DNA of 28,653 nucleotides from Octopus sinensis (GCF_006345805.1 NW_021833472.1:1-28653); one strand, 5' to 3'; shown: positions 10,338 through 21,638, counted from the stretch's first letter. A program made the numbers and translations. The notes: generated by a model not told the origin, from the letters alone.

Positions 10338-10896
10338 AGGCCTCAAATTTGGGGTGGAGGGGTAAGTCGATTACATTGATCCCCAGTGCGTAACTGGTAC
10401 TTATTTAATCGACCCCGAAAAGAGGAAAGCCAAAGTCGACCTCGGCAGAATTTGAACTCAGAATGTGAAGACAGACTTAATACCTATTTCTTTACTACCC
10501 ACAAGGGGCTAAACACAGAGGGGACAAACAAGGACAGACAAATGGATTAAGTCGGTTATACCGACCCCAGTGCGTAACTGGTACTTATTTAATCGACCCC
10601 GAAAGGATGAAAGCCAAAGTCGACCTCGGCAGAATTTGAACTCAGAATGTAAAGACAGATTTAATACCTATTTCTTTACTACCCACAAGCGGCTAAACAC
10701 AGAGAGGACAAACAAGGACAGACAAACGGATTAAGTCGATTATACCGACCCCAGTGCGTAATTGGTACTTATTTAATCGACCCCGAAAGGATGACAGGCA
10801 AAGTCGACCTCGGCGGAATTTGAACTCAGAACGTAACGGCAGACGAAATTCCGCTAAGCATTTCGCCCGGCGTGCCAACGATTCTACCAGCTCGCT
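10338..10896 (-). mobile_element. Tandem trimer of SINE family A (one near-full copy plus two 5'-truncated units, 182-bp period)
   Basis: Units 10338-10480, 10481-10662 and 10663-10896 share gaccccagtgcgtaactggtacttatttaatcgaccccgaaa...gtcgacctcggc.gaatttgaactcagaa. Confidence 0.9.
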
Positions 10897-11046
10897 ACCT
10901 TTTGATAGTAATCCTTTCTACTAAAGGCACAAGGCCTGAAATTTTGGGGGTGGGGACTAGTCGAGTATATCAACCCAAGCGTTTCACTGGTATTTAATTT
11001 ATCACACATAGAAAGGCACTTATGCTCATGTTTGCGTGAAGGTGAG

Positions 11047-11280
11047 GGGCGAGCTGGCAGAACCGTTAGCACGCCAGGCGAAATGCGTAGCCGTATTTCG
11101 TCTGCCGTTATGTTCTGAGTTCAAATTCCGCCGAGGTCGACTTTGCCTTTCATCCTTTCGGGGTCGATTAAATAAGTACCAGTTACGCACTGGGGTCGAT
11201 GTAATCGACTTAATACCTATGTCTGTCCTTGTTTGTCCCCTCTATGTTTAGCCCCTTGTGGGTATTAAAGAAATAGGTAT
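11047..11280 (+). mobile_element. SINE family A, near full length
   Basis: ggcgagctggcagaa.cgttagcacgcc head, B-box-like GAGTTCAAATTCC, and tail aaagaaatagg. Many copies occur in the window. Confidence 0.9.
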
Positions 11281-11575
11281 TCAGTTTATCGACCCCGAAA
11301 GGATGAAAGGCAAAGTTGACCTTGGTGGAATTTGAACGTAGAACGTAAAGACGTGCAAAATGCTTCTAAACATTTCCCCCGGCGTGCTAACGAGTCACCC
11401 TGGGTTTCTAATTTTGGGTCAAGGCCAAGAATTTCGGTTAAAAGGCTAAGTCGATTACATCGACCCTAGTGCTCTAATAGAATTTTATTTTGTCGACCTC
11501 GAAAGGATAACAGGCAGAGTCGACGTCGGCGGAATTTGAACTCAGAACGTAAAGACGCATGAAATGCCGCTAAAA
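11281..11575 (-). mobile_element. Two partial SINE family A copies
   Basis: tttatcgaccccgaaaggatgaaaggcaaag... at 11285-11395 and a second copy at ~11405-11575. Confidence 0.8.
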
Positions 11576-11580
11576 TAAAT

Positions 11581-11745
11581 GGCAACATGCTAGGGTCTAA
11601 AACTGTAAGAGATATTAGTGTAATTCATAATTTCTTTGTGGATGACCTTAAGATTTCTGCTAAAAATGTTAACAATGCCAAAAAAACAACTGGGATTAAT
11701 AACAACATTTTCAGCTGGCATAAGAATGGAATTTGGCCAGAGAAT
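11581..11745 (+). mobile_element. R4/Dong-like non-LTR retrotransposon RT fragment, left part with catalytic motif
   Basis: GNMLGSKTVRDISVIHNFFVDDLKISAKNVNNAKK from 11581, then after a frameshift QLGLITTFSAGIRMEFGQ. FVDD is the RT YxDD motif. Confidence 0.75.
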
Positions 11746-14700
11746 ATAAAATAATAATAATGAAATTATTGTATACAGTGCTCAGGTGCACCACAACTTG
11801 TCAAAAAGTGCGTATAAAGTATATGCAGTAATGTACAAATGTCTGGAAAGCGAACAGTGTATGAGTCAGATACATGCTTGCGTGTGTATGGAGGGGAGAA
11901 AATCATGTAGGGTAGTGTTGGCGAATCTCAGAAAGCATGGAAGTTTTGAAGGATGCAGTGCCCCCCGACAACTACAACTGATGCCGGCAGTTTGTTCCAT
12001 GCTTCAGCGTGTTATGGAGGGGAGAACATCAGGTGTAGTGTTGGCGAATCTCAGAAAGCATGGAAGTTTTGAAGGATGCAGTGCTCCGACAACTAACAAC
12101 TGATGCCGGGAGTTTGTTCCATGCTTCAGCGTGTGTATGAGGGGGGAGAACATCAGGTGTAGTGTTGGCGAATCTCAGAAAGCATGGAAGTTTTGAAGGA
12201 TGCAGTGCTCCGACAACTAACAACTGATGCCGGCAGTTTGTTCCATGCATCAGCGTGTGTATGGAGGGGAGAACATCAGGTGTAGTGTTGGCGAATCTCA
12301 GAAAGCATGGAAGTTTTGAAGGATGTAGTGCTCCGACAACTAACAACTGATGCCGGCAGTTTGTTCCATGCATTAGCGTGTGTATGGAGGGGAGAACATC
12401 AGGTGTAGTGTTGGCGAATCTCAGAAAGCATGGAAGTTTTGAAGGATGCAGTGCTCCGACAACTAACAACTGATGCCGGCAGTTTGTTCCATGCTTCAGC
12501 GTGTGTATGGAGGGGAGAAAATCAGGTGTAGTGTTGGCGAATCTCAGAAAGCATGGAAGTTTTGAAGGATGCAGTGCTCCGACAACTAACAACTGATGGC
12601 GGCAGTTTGTTCCATGCATCAGCGTGTGTATGGAGGGGAGAAAGATCAGGTGTAGTGTTGGCGAATCTCAGAAAGCATGGAAGTTTTGAAGGATGCAGTG
12701 CTCCGACAAAACAACTGATGCCAGCAGTTTGTTCCATGCATCAGCGTGTGTAGGAGGGGAGAACATCAGGTGTAGTGTTGGCGAATCTCAGAAAGCATGG
12801 AAGTTTTGAAGGATGTAGTGCTCCGACAACTAACAACTGATGCCGGCAGTTTGTTCCATGCATCAGCGTGTGTATGGAGGGGAGAACATCAGGTGTAGTG
12901 TTGGCGAATCTCAGAAAGCATGGAAGTTTTGAAGGATGTAGTGCTCCGACAACTAACAACTGATGCCGGCAGTTTGTTCCATGCTTCAGCGTGTGTATGG
13001 AGGGGAGAACATCAGGTGTAGTGTTGGCGAATCTCAGAAAGCATGGAAGTTTTGAAGGATGCAGTGCTCCGACAACTAACAACTGATGCCGGCAGTTTGT
13101 TCCATGCATCAGCGTGTGTATGGAGGGGAGAACATCAGGTGTAGTGTTGGCGAATCTCAGAAAGCATGGAAGTTTTGAAGGATGCAGTGCTCCTACAACT
13201 AACAACTGATGCCGGCAGTTTGTTCCATGCATCAGCGTGTGTATGGAGGGGAGAACATCAGGTATAGTGTTGGCGAATCTCAGAAAGCATGGAAGTTTTG
13301 AAGGATGTAGTGCTCCGACAACTAACAACTGATGCCGGCAGTTTGTTCCATGCATTAGCGTGTGTATGGAGGGGAGAACATCAGGTGTAGTGTTGGCGAA
13401 TCTCAGAAAGCATGGAAGTTTTGAAGGATGCAGTGCTCCGACAACTAACAACTGATGCCGGCAGTTTGTTCCATGCTTCAGCGTGTGTATGGAGGGGAGA
13501 AAATCAGGTGTAGTGTTGGCGAATCTCAGAAAGCATGGAAGTTTTGAAGGATGCAGTGCTCCGACAACTAACAACTGATGCCGGCAGTTTGTTCCATGCA
13601 TCAGCGTGTGTATGGAGGGGAGAACATCAGGTATAGTGTTGGCGAATCTCAGAAAGCATGGAAGTTTTGAAGGATGTAGTGCTCCGACAACTAACAACTG
13701 ATGCCGGCAGTTTGTTCCATGCATCAGCGTGTGTATGGAGGGGAGAACATCAGGTGTAGTGTTGGCGAATCTCAGAAAGCATGGAAGTTTTGAAGGATGC
13801 AGTGCTCCGACAACTAACAACTGATGCCGGCAGTTTGTTCCATGCATCAGCGTGTGTATGGAGGGGAGAACATCAGGTGTAGTGTTGGCGAATCTCAGAA
13901 AGCATGGAAGTTTTGAAGGATGTAGTGCTCCGACAACTAACAACTGATGCCGGCAGTTTGTTCCATGCATCAGCGTGTGTATGGAGGGGAGAACATCAAG
14001 TGTAGTGTTGGCGAATCTCAGAAAGAATGGAAGTTTTGAAGGATGTAGTGCTCCGACAACTAACAACTGATGCCGGCAGTTTGTTCCATGCTTCAGCGTG
14101 TGTATGGAGGGGAGAACATCAGGTATAGTGTTGGCGAATCTCAGAAGCATGGCAGTTTTGAAGGATGTAGTGCTCGACAACTAACAACTGATGCCGGCAG
14201 TTTGTTCCATGCATTCAGCGTGTGTATGGAGGGGAGAACATCAGGTATAGTGTTGGCGAATCTCAGAAAGCATGGAAGTTTTGAAGGATGTAGTGCTCCG
14301 ACAACTAACAACTGATGCCGGCAGTTTGTTCCATGCTTCAGCGTGTGTATGGAGGGGAGAACATCAGGTGTAGTGTTGGCGAATCTCAGAAAGCATGGAA
14401 GTTTTGAAGGATGCAGTGCTCCGACAACTAACAACTGATGCCGGCAGTTTGTTCCATGCTTCAGCGTGTGTATGGAGGGGAGAAAATCAGGTGTAGTGTT
14501 GGCGAATCTCAGAAAGCATGGAAGTTTTGAAGGATGTAGTGCTCCGACAACTAACAACTGATGCCGGCAGTTTGTTCCATGCTTCAGCTTGTGTATGGAG
14601 AGGAGAAAATCAGGTGTAGTGTTGGCGAATCTCAGAAAGCATGGAAGTTTTGAAGGATGTAGTGCTCCGACAACTAACAACTGATGCCGGCAGTTTGTTC

Positions 14701-15090
14701 CATGCTTCAGCGTGTGTATGGAGGGGAGAAAGATCAGGTGTAGTGTTGGCGAATCTCAGAAAGCATGGAAGTTTTGAAGGATGTAGTGCTCCGACAACTA
14801 ACAACTGATGCCGGCAGTTTGTTCCATGCTTCAGCGTGTGTATGGAGGGGAGAAAGATCAGGTGTAGTGTTGGCGAATCTCAGAAAGCATGGAAGTTTTG
14901 AAGGATGTAGTGCTCCGACAACTAACAACTGATGCCGGCAGTTTGTTCCATGCTTCAGCGTGTGTATGGAGGGGAGAACATCAGGTATATTGTTGGCGAA
15001 TCTCAGAAAGCATGGAAGTTTTGAAGGATGCAGTGCTCCGACAACTAACAACTGATGCCGGCAGTTTGTTCCATGCTTCAGCAACTCTCA
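11746..15090 (-). mobile_element. 5'-truncated CR1-like LINE 3' end whose terminal segment is tandemly amplified
   Basis: Minus strand reads LRVAEAWNKLPASVVSCRSTASFKTSMLSEIRQHYT-stop (CR1-type C-terminus; compare RVADPWNKLP at ~17035-17065). A 3' UTR (~11770-11900) and an (ATT)n tail (~11750-11762) follow. Confidence 0.85.
11874..15078. repeat. Satellite: 26 tandem copies of a 123-bp unit
   Basis: The marker gcgaatctcaga occurs 26 times from 11921 to 14996, mostly 123 bp apart (range 120-124). Confidence 0.97.
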
Positions 15091-15665
15091 GCGGTTCTTA
15101 TTTAATTGTTAAACGAGGAAAATCAGTCTCCCAGACGCAAAACCTATGCGTCAATGGTCTCACTATCTCTCCTGTCACACATAAAGAATGCTATAAGTAT
15201 TTTGGCATTGATGAAAATATATCATGCCAAGGTACTGTGGATAAAGATAGAGTGACCCATGAATATTGCACCAGACTAAGAGAAATATGGCAGTCCAAAC
15301 TCTCTTCTTACAAGACAAGATCCCACAATGCATTTGCTTTAACTGTTGATTCCAACATTTGAGAGGATACTTGATTGGTCTGTAGAAGAAATCCACTCCA
15401 TGAACATTAAACCCCGCAAGATTCTAACATCAACTGGAAATCTCCACAAAAATAGAGATATTGAGATGCTCTACCTAAGAAGAGATAAAGGCGGTAGGGA
15501 CTTAAGATCAGCGCAGGCAGCCTTTGAATGTCGCATAGTCTCTCTCTCAGACAGCGCTTTAGCACAGGAGCAAAAAAGAAATACATTTACTCAGTGCTGA
15601 AAAGTGAAGTAAACAATATCTTACGCGTTGGAAGTGAGCTTCTCAGGAAGTACTCTTTTCCTGAC
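15091..15665 (+). mobile_element. R4/Dong-like non-LTR retrotransposon fragment, right part
   Basis: SYLIVKRGK...YKYFGIDENI...RVTHEYCTRLREIWQSKLSSY...HNAFA, then IPTF..LDWSVEEIHSMNIKPRKILT...MLYLRRDKGGRDL. This matches the post-RT YKYLG / LYLPRxxGGRGL pattern and continues directly from MEFGQ at ~11745. Confidence 0.8.
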
Positions 15666-16645
15666 AGGACCGGATTTACATATAAGCTATAGCTTAAGGC
15701 CCCCACTTTCTCCCCCTCTCTCTCTCTCTCTCTTTAACAATCACTGGTATGAATTTCGCAAAGCTAGATCTACTAGGGACCTACTCCTATCTCACTCACT
15801 CGTCTCTTTCTTTCTCTCATCGTTCATATTTGTCAACCCTCCCCGTACACACTAACCATTACACCAAATTCTTACTTCCTTCCTTCCTTTCTTCTCGGAG
15901 AGCCGATCATTTAGAATTCCATTCCAGCCCTTCCTTTTCCTGCAGACATCAGCCTTGCCACTGTTTTAGAGCAACACTGACCACATCAATGTCACTGGTT
16001 TTGGGTTCGCTTGGGAAGGCCGTAGACTTAACCTCTTCTCCCAGACCAATTCAATAGAAATATATAATTATATAATTGTGTGCTCAGAAATCGGATTATT
16101 TACCGGAAGATTTCGTGCAGTCGACTAACGTCAACCGTATTCTTTGTTAAAATCTAAAATGTTTTTTGCAGCTATGAGAAAATAATCCGGTTTTCTCGAC
16201 AGACAATTGCACCAGATTGAGACACACTTGTGGCAGGTGTGCGTTGAGCACTCAACGTTTTTCACACGAAAATACAAATACGATCGTTCGTGCGAAGTTC
16301 AAATATCAAGAAACTCTGACAAGATGCACTGAGTCATCAGCCTGCCACCGCTCCCCTACCTTCTTTGTGCACACCCACGTGACGTATTCCCCCCTTCTCT
16401 CTCTTTCTCTTTCACCTTCCACAAACCCGTCTTTCCACTGAAAAATTAACCCATCTGCAACGCCTGAATTGCACTTTCTGTCTCCACAACTGCGCCAATC
16501 TTTCCCGCACCACCTCTCCTCGTCTTCATAAAAGACAGGAGCCTCAGAAACCTTCTTGTAAGAAACCCAACAGCACCCAACCCTCACACAACCAGGTACT
16601 TTTAAGTGACCCCTCGCCGTCAATACAACACATGTCCCTAAATTA

Positions 16646-16745
16646 GTTTCAAATTTTGTAGTCGACCTCAGTGGAATTTGAACTCAGGTCGTAAAGGCGG
16701 ACAAAATGCCGCTGAGCATTTTACCCGGCGTACTCGGATTCTACC
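16646..16745 (-). mobile_element. Internally deleted SINE family A with 13-bp TSD
   Basis: TSD tgtccctaaatta at 16633-16645 and 16746-16758. Confidence 0.85.
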
Positions 16746-16976
16746 TGTCCCTAAATTAACAAAACTACAACCATTACTGGATCTAGGTCACAATATCACA
16801 TTGGCCAGAACTCCTGTTGCACGTCGTCCAACCTTATATTATTGCATCATGTGCAAACTCTGAGACGCTCATCGTACGGAGGAACAAGCCGACGTCTTGC
16901 GGATCGCTTTCGGGAGCACATTCAAAGCATTCTACTATTTATGCCAGGCCGATCTGTTGCCATTTACTTCTGCATA

Positions 16977-17232
16977 GCGAAAAGCTCTATCTACGACGAT
17001 TTCATCTCGATCGAAGGAGAGGGGCTTTCTCCGTCCGGGTTGCAGATCCGTGGAATAAGCTGCCGGACGAGATAGTGAAGATGCCGACGACCGCTCGGTT
17101 CAAAGTCTCTCTTGACCAGAAATGGCCTGAACTCTTTGTGTGACCACCCTCCCAGTACATAACTCCCTGTCCTCCTACATGGCCTTGCTTTTTACTTTTT
17201 GAGCCAATAAAAATTGAATTGAATTGAATTGA
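16977..17232 (+). mobile_element. 5'-truncated CR1-like LINE 3' end
   Basis: KLYLRRFHLDRRRGAFSVRVADPWNKLPDEIVKMPTTARFKVSLDQKWPELFV-stop (to 17143), a short 3' UTR, AATAAA and an (AATTG)n tail. Confidence 0.88.
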
Positions 17233-17640
17233 ACCACTTTCTTATCAGTGTTCGGCATTTCTGCGCACCATAGGTTCACATAGGCAGGGAAACGGAGAGA
17301 ACGTTTCGTGTTCGAACTTGATACTATCTCACCGACAGGTTTTTAATAAATGCTTTTTCTTTCTACTCCTACTCTTCCTCTTTGTTCAATAATCGCTTTC
17401 TTTTATCCTTCAACTCCTTTCTCACCTTATCTTTTCCCTTCATCTCACTCTCGCCTCGCTTCTCCTCTTTCTTTCTACCTCACTCACCTAGTTTCTTGCT
17501 TCTACTTCTTCATGTCGACGTCTGAAGCTACTGCGGGATTGCGTTCCTTATCAACTACAGCTAGTTTTTTTTTCAAATTTAGAAGATGTAAAGTTCAACT
17601 GCCTCCCTTTAATTTCACTTCTGTCAACTTTTTCTCTAGT

Positions 17641-17960
17641 GGAGGCACATGGCCAAGTGGTTAGAGCAGCGGACTCGCGGTCGAGGGATCGCGGGTTCGA
17701 ATCTCAGACCGGGCGATGAGTGTGTTTATGAGCGAAAACACTTAAGCTCCACGCGGCTTCGACAGAAGGTAATGGCAAGACTTCTGCTGACTCTTTCGCC
17801 ACAACTTTCTTTCGCTCTTTCCTCCTGCATCTTGCAGCTCACCAGCGACGGACTGGCGTCCCGTCCAGGTGAGGAACCTATACGCCAAAGAGCCAGGCAT
17901 AGCTCGAGAAGGAACAAAAAACAAGCAACTTTTTCCCGAAGGACTATAGCCACAACATTG
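17641..17960 (+). mobile_element. tRNA-derived SINE, family B variant
   Basis: A-box TGGCCAAGTGG and B-box GGTTCGAATC; head homologous to the copies at 2910 and 25016. Confidence 0.85.
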
Positions 17961-18063
17961 GATTCTCACTTCTCACGGCATGTTCAGAGTATTCTTGCTG
18001 ACACAGACCAAAACAAATCTCTTTGTATTCCTCAGTCCCTATCCAATATTAACGCGCTAAAGG

Positions 18064-18290
18064 GCGCTGCGAGCTGGCAGAATCGTTAAGCACGCAGTGT
18101 GAAATACTTAGCAGTATTTCGTCTGCCGTGACATTCCGAGTTCAAATTCCGCCGAGGTCGACTATGCCTTTAATCCTTTCGGGGTCGATTAAATAAGAAC
18201 CAGTTACGCACTGGGGTCGATGTAATCGACTTAAACCCTTTGTCTGTCCTATGTTTAGCCCTCTGTCGGCAATAAGGAAATAAATATTTA
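18064..18290 (+). mobile_element. SINE family A
   Basis: gcgagctggcagaatcgttaagcacgc...gagttcaaattccgccgaggtcgac...ggaaataaa. Confidence 0.88.
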
Positions 18291-18769
18291 CGCGCTATTA
18301 TTATTGCTTTATTTGCTTCGAGTTTCCCCGTTCCAAAAAAGAATACATGCACACACACACCAAACACACACGCACGTGTGTGTGCGAGGTGTCTCCTTAA
18401 TCTTCCTATTCTGTCACTACAACAGATTTTACTACAGATTTTTATTCCTCGGAGCCAGCTAATTGCTTACACCTCCAGTCGCGGTAACGTGACATAATGT
18501 TCTTTTTCCTCTTCTTATCCCTCACTCACACACGCGCGCGCGCGCACACACACTTGTGCGAGCTTGGCTCTAACCACTTCATCTAACATTTCTCCTTGTT
18601 AACCCGACCCTCCGGAATTCTCTCCTCGCTATTGTTTCCCACTCGCGTCGACTTACATGTGTTGAAACCGAACATCAGGCTTATTAATACCAGAGATCTT
18701 GAAGAGCCTGCGAAGGCCACATTTACTGCATTGTTCTCTATTTACGTACACAATCACACCAAAAGTTTA

Positions 18770-19275
<506 letters not shown>

Positions 19276-19561
19276 GATTACTACTTCTGTACACAAGATT
19301 GCCAATTAGTAAATGCCATCATGAGATCTCATATAACTAGTAAGCCTGGTTTTAGCGAAACAGACCCTACTGCAAATGTTAAAAACATATTCAGGTTGAT
19401 AAGTGTCTGGGATTTGAGTTCGGGGTCTTGTTTACGAAGTGCCCGTTTCAACTGCAGTGTATCTGAAGGTTTTATGTATGGTCATCGTACTCATTAAAGA
19501 GCTATTTGCCGTCGAGACTAGCTTTGAGAATGAGAGAAATATTAAAGCGAAAGAAACATTA

Positions 19562-19965
19562 GGCGCAGGAGTGGCTGTGTGGTAAGTAGCTTGCTTACTA
19601 ACCACATGGTTCCGGGTTCAGTCCCACTGTGTGGTACCTTGGGCAAGTGTCCTCTACTATAGCCTCGGGCCGACCAAAGCCTTGTGAGTGGATATGGTTG
19701 ACGGAAACTGAAAGAAGCCCGTCGTATATATATGTATATATATGTGTGTGCGTGTGTGTTTGTGTGTCTGTGTTTGTCCCCCTAGCATTGCTTGACAACC
19801 GATGCTGGTGTGTTTATGTCCCCGTCACTTAGCGGTTCAGCAAAAGAGACCAATAGAATAAGTACTGGGCTTACAAAGAATAAGTCCCGGGGTCGAGTTG
19901 CTCGACTAAAGGCGGTGCTCCAGCATGGCCGCAGCCAAATGACTGAAACAAGTAAAAGAAAAAAA
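19562..19965 (+). mobile_element. tRNA-derived SINE family C (bipartite, internal AT/GT microsatellite, A-rich tail)
   Basis: ggcgcaggagtggctgtgtggtaag head and B-box GGTTCAGTCCC; homologous to 27303-27775. Confidence 0.9.
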
Positions 19966-20179
19966 AAAATTTTAAAGTTTGATTTCAAATAGCTCAACGT
20001 CGATTCAGTAACGCCAAAACAGCTTTACCAAAGCATGCATGAATGTTTTGGTATAGCTGTCCCTTCGTGTCCAGATTTTATTTTTCTGCCTTTTTTCTGG
20101 TCGTATGAGACGGTGGATTAAGAGGAGCGGTGATATCTTTAACATTTACAGCCTTCACAGATTGGTGATATGAAATTAA

Positions 20180-20410
20180 GGCGGCGAGCTGGCAGAATCG
20201 TTAGCACGCCGGGCGAAATACTTACCGTTATTTCGTCTGCCGTTACGTTCTGAGTTCAAATTCCGTCGAGGTCGACTTTGCCTTTCATCCTTTCGGCATC
20301 GATTAAATAAGTACCAGTTACGCACTGGGGTCAATGTAATCGACTTAATCCGTTTGTCTGTCCTTGTTGGTCCTCTCTGTGTTTAGCCCCTTGTGGGCAG
20401 TAAAGAAATA
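20180..20410 (+). mobile_element. SINE family A
   Basis: Near-full-length match to the copy at 11047-11280. Confidence 0.9.
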
Positions 20411-20542
20411 AATATGAAATTAAGTTTTTAAAGTTGCAGATATGAGAACTAAGTTAATTAGTTCTCTGTGGAATCGAACCAGCAATGTAGACTCCGACTA
20501 CCAACAGATACTTGCATGGAATTTACACTAATTAAGCATTTG

Positions 20543-20958
20543 GGATCTTTTCGGTTTGAACGGCAGTTTTTTTCAAAAATTTCCACGTAACTAAACACTT
20601 TTAAACTTCGTATACTGGTAGAATGTGTTTATAAAACCTCTTTTTCTCTTGGCTTTATTGAGAAAATTCTATGGTTTGTAAGATATTTGTTGTTGTTTTT
20701 TTCTTCAATTTCGGCAATTTCAACCAATCACTGACGTCTATTGAGGTGAAAAACATTCTGTGCCGTATGAATATGTCCCTCGTTTAAGAAACAGATTGGG
20801 TTTATTTACATTTGCGAAGAAAAAAAAGATACCCTTCCCCCCACCCCTAACCATAAAACAGATTGAAATGCAATAGATCGATACTAGGGTCATAATTATG
20901 GGTGACAATTTCATATGACACCGCTAGAAAAAAACTGCCGTTCAAACCGAAAAGATCC
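20543..20958. mobile_element. Non-autonomous DNA transposon (MITE) with 31-bp TIRs and 8-bp TSD
   Basis: TIR ggatcttttcggtttgaacggcagttttttt (20543-20573) and its reverse complement (20928-20958). TSD agcatttg at 20535-20542 and 20959-20966. Confidence 0.92.
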
Positions 20959-21445
20959 AGCATTTGAATTCGAGACATTATGCTAGTCAAAGAATATCCC
21001 CAGACACTCAATTATCACATCCGTAACTGGAGCAACTGAATAAAAAGAAATGAAAACAGAACTCAGAAATACATGTTTTTTATTTATTAATTTTTATTTA
21101 TTGATATTTCGAATGATATTTTAAATAATATTTCGATTCAATTGTAAAAGTTCTTAAGCAATTCAAAGAAAACTGCTCAAATTATAATAAATAGAATGAC
21201 ACCAGGATTCTTGCTTTTTATTTTTTTTTTATATTTCATCCTTCTTGTTTCTTGATTTTTTTTTTCTTTTAATGTTCTGCCCAATAGAATCTCGTGGAAA
21301 TAATAATAATAATTATTTCTAACATGAGGCGAGCCCCGATTGGGAGGGATTTGAACTCGGAATATAAAGGGACCGTAACAAAATACCACAAGGCATTCCT
21401 GTAAGTCACTCTACCGCCCTCTGAAATTTACATTCATAAAAACAA

Positions 21446-21497
<52 letters not shown>

Positions 21498-21607
21498 TAG
21501 CATTCATACACACATTTCCAAAGACTTGAGTTAGAAGTTCCAGATCTGTCCTGCATCCGATTCTGGCCCTTTAGCAGAACCTCTATTCTCAATACTCATG
21601 CCTTCAC

Positions 21608-21638
<31 letters not shown>

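Larger units (their letters stand above)
16200..17560 (+). mobile_element. Decayed Penelope-like element C-terminal region (GIY-YIG endonuclease) with two nested insertions
   Basis: Frameshifted translation: IFPAPPLLVFIKDRSLRNLLVR; QPGTFK; NTCP*INKTTTITG...CTSSNLI.YCIMCKL; YGGTSRRLADRFREHI; and after the CR1 insert ERFVFELDTISPTG. A pyrimidine-rich tail follows. Confidence 0.75.

Noticed and set aside
12741-14180. 479-aa minus-strand ORF of 41-aa repeats (plus similar shorter ORFs in the array)
   Set aside because: A by-product of a 123-bp (3 x 41) unit with one stop-free frame. It is not the LINE reading frame, and indels in several units break it.
11874-15078. CRISPR-like array
   Set aside because: The units are near-identical along their whole length with no unique spacers, there are no cas genes, and the context is eukaryotic.
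15663-15710. CAGGACCGGATTTA start resembling a DNA-transposon terminus
   Set aside because: No matching inverted end or TSD was found nearby.
16306-16623. 105-aa minus-strand ORF
   Set aside because: It is antisense to the decayed Penelope-like coding region and includes a simple-repeat translation (ERERER).
17290-17335. GAAACGTT hammerhead-like motif on the minus strand
   Set aside because: It is better explained as the antisense of the Penelope-like coding segment ERFVFELDTISP; no core or stems.
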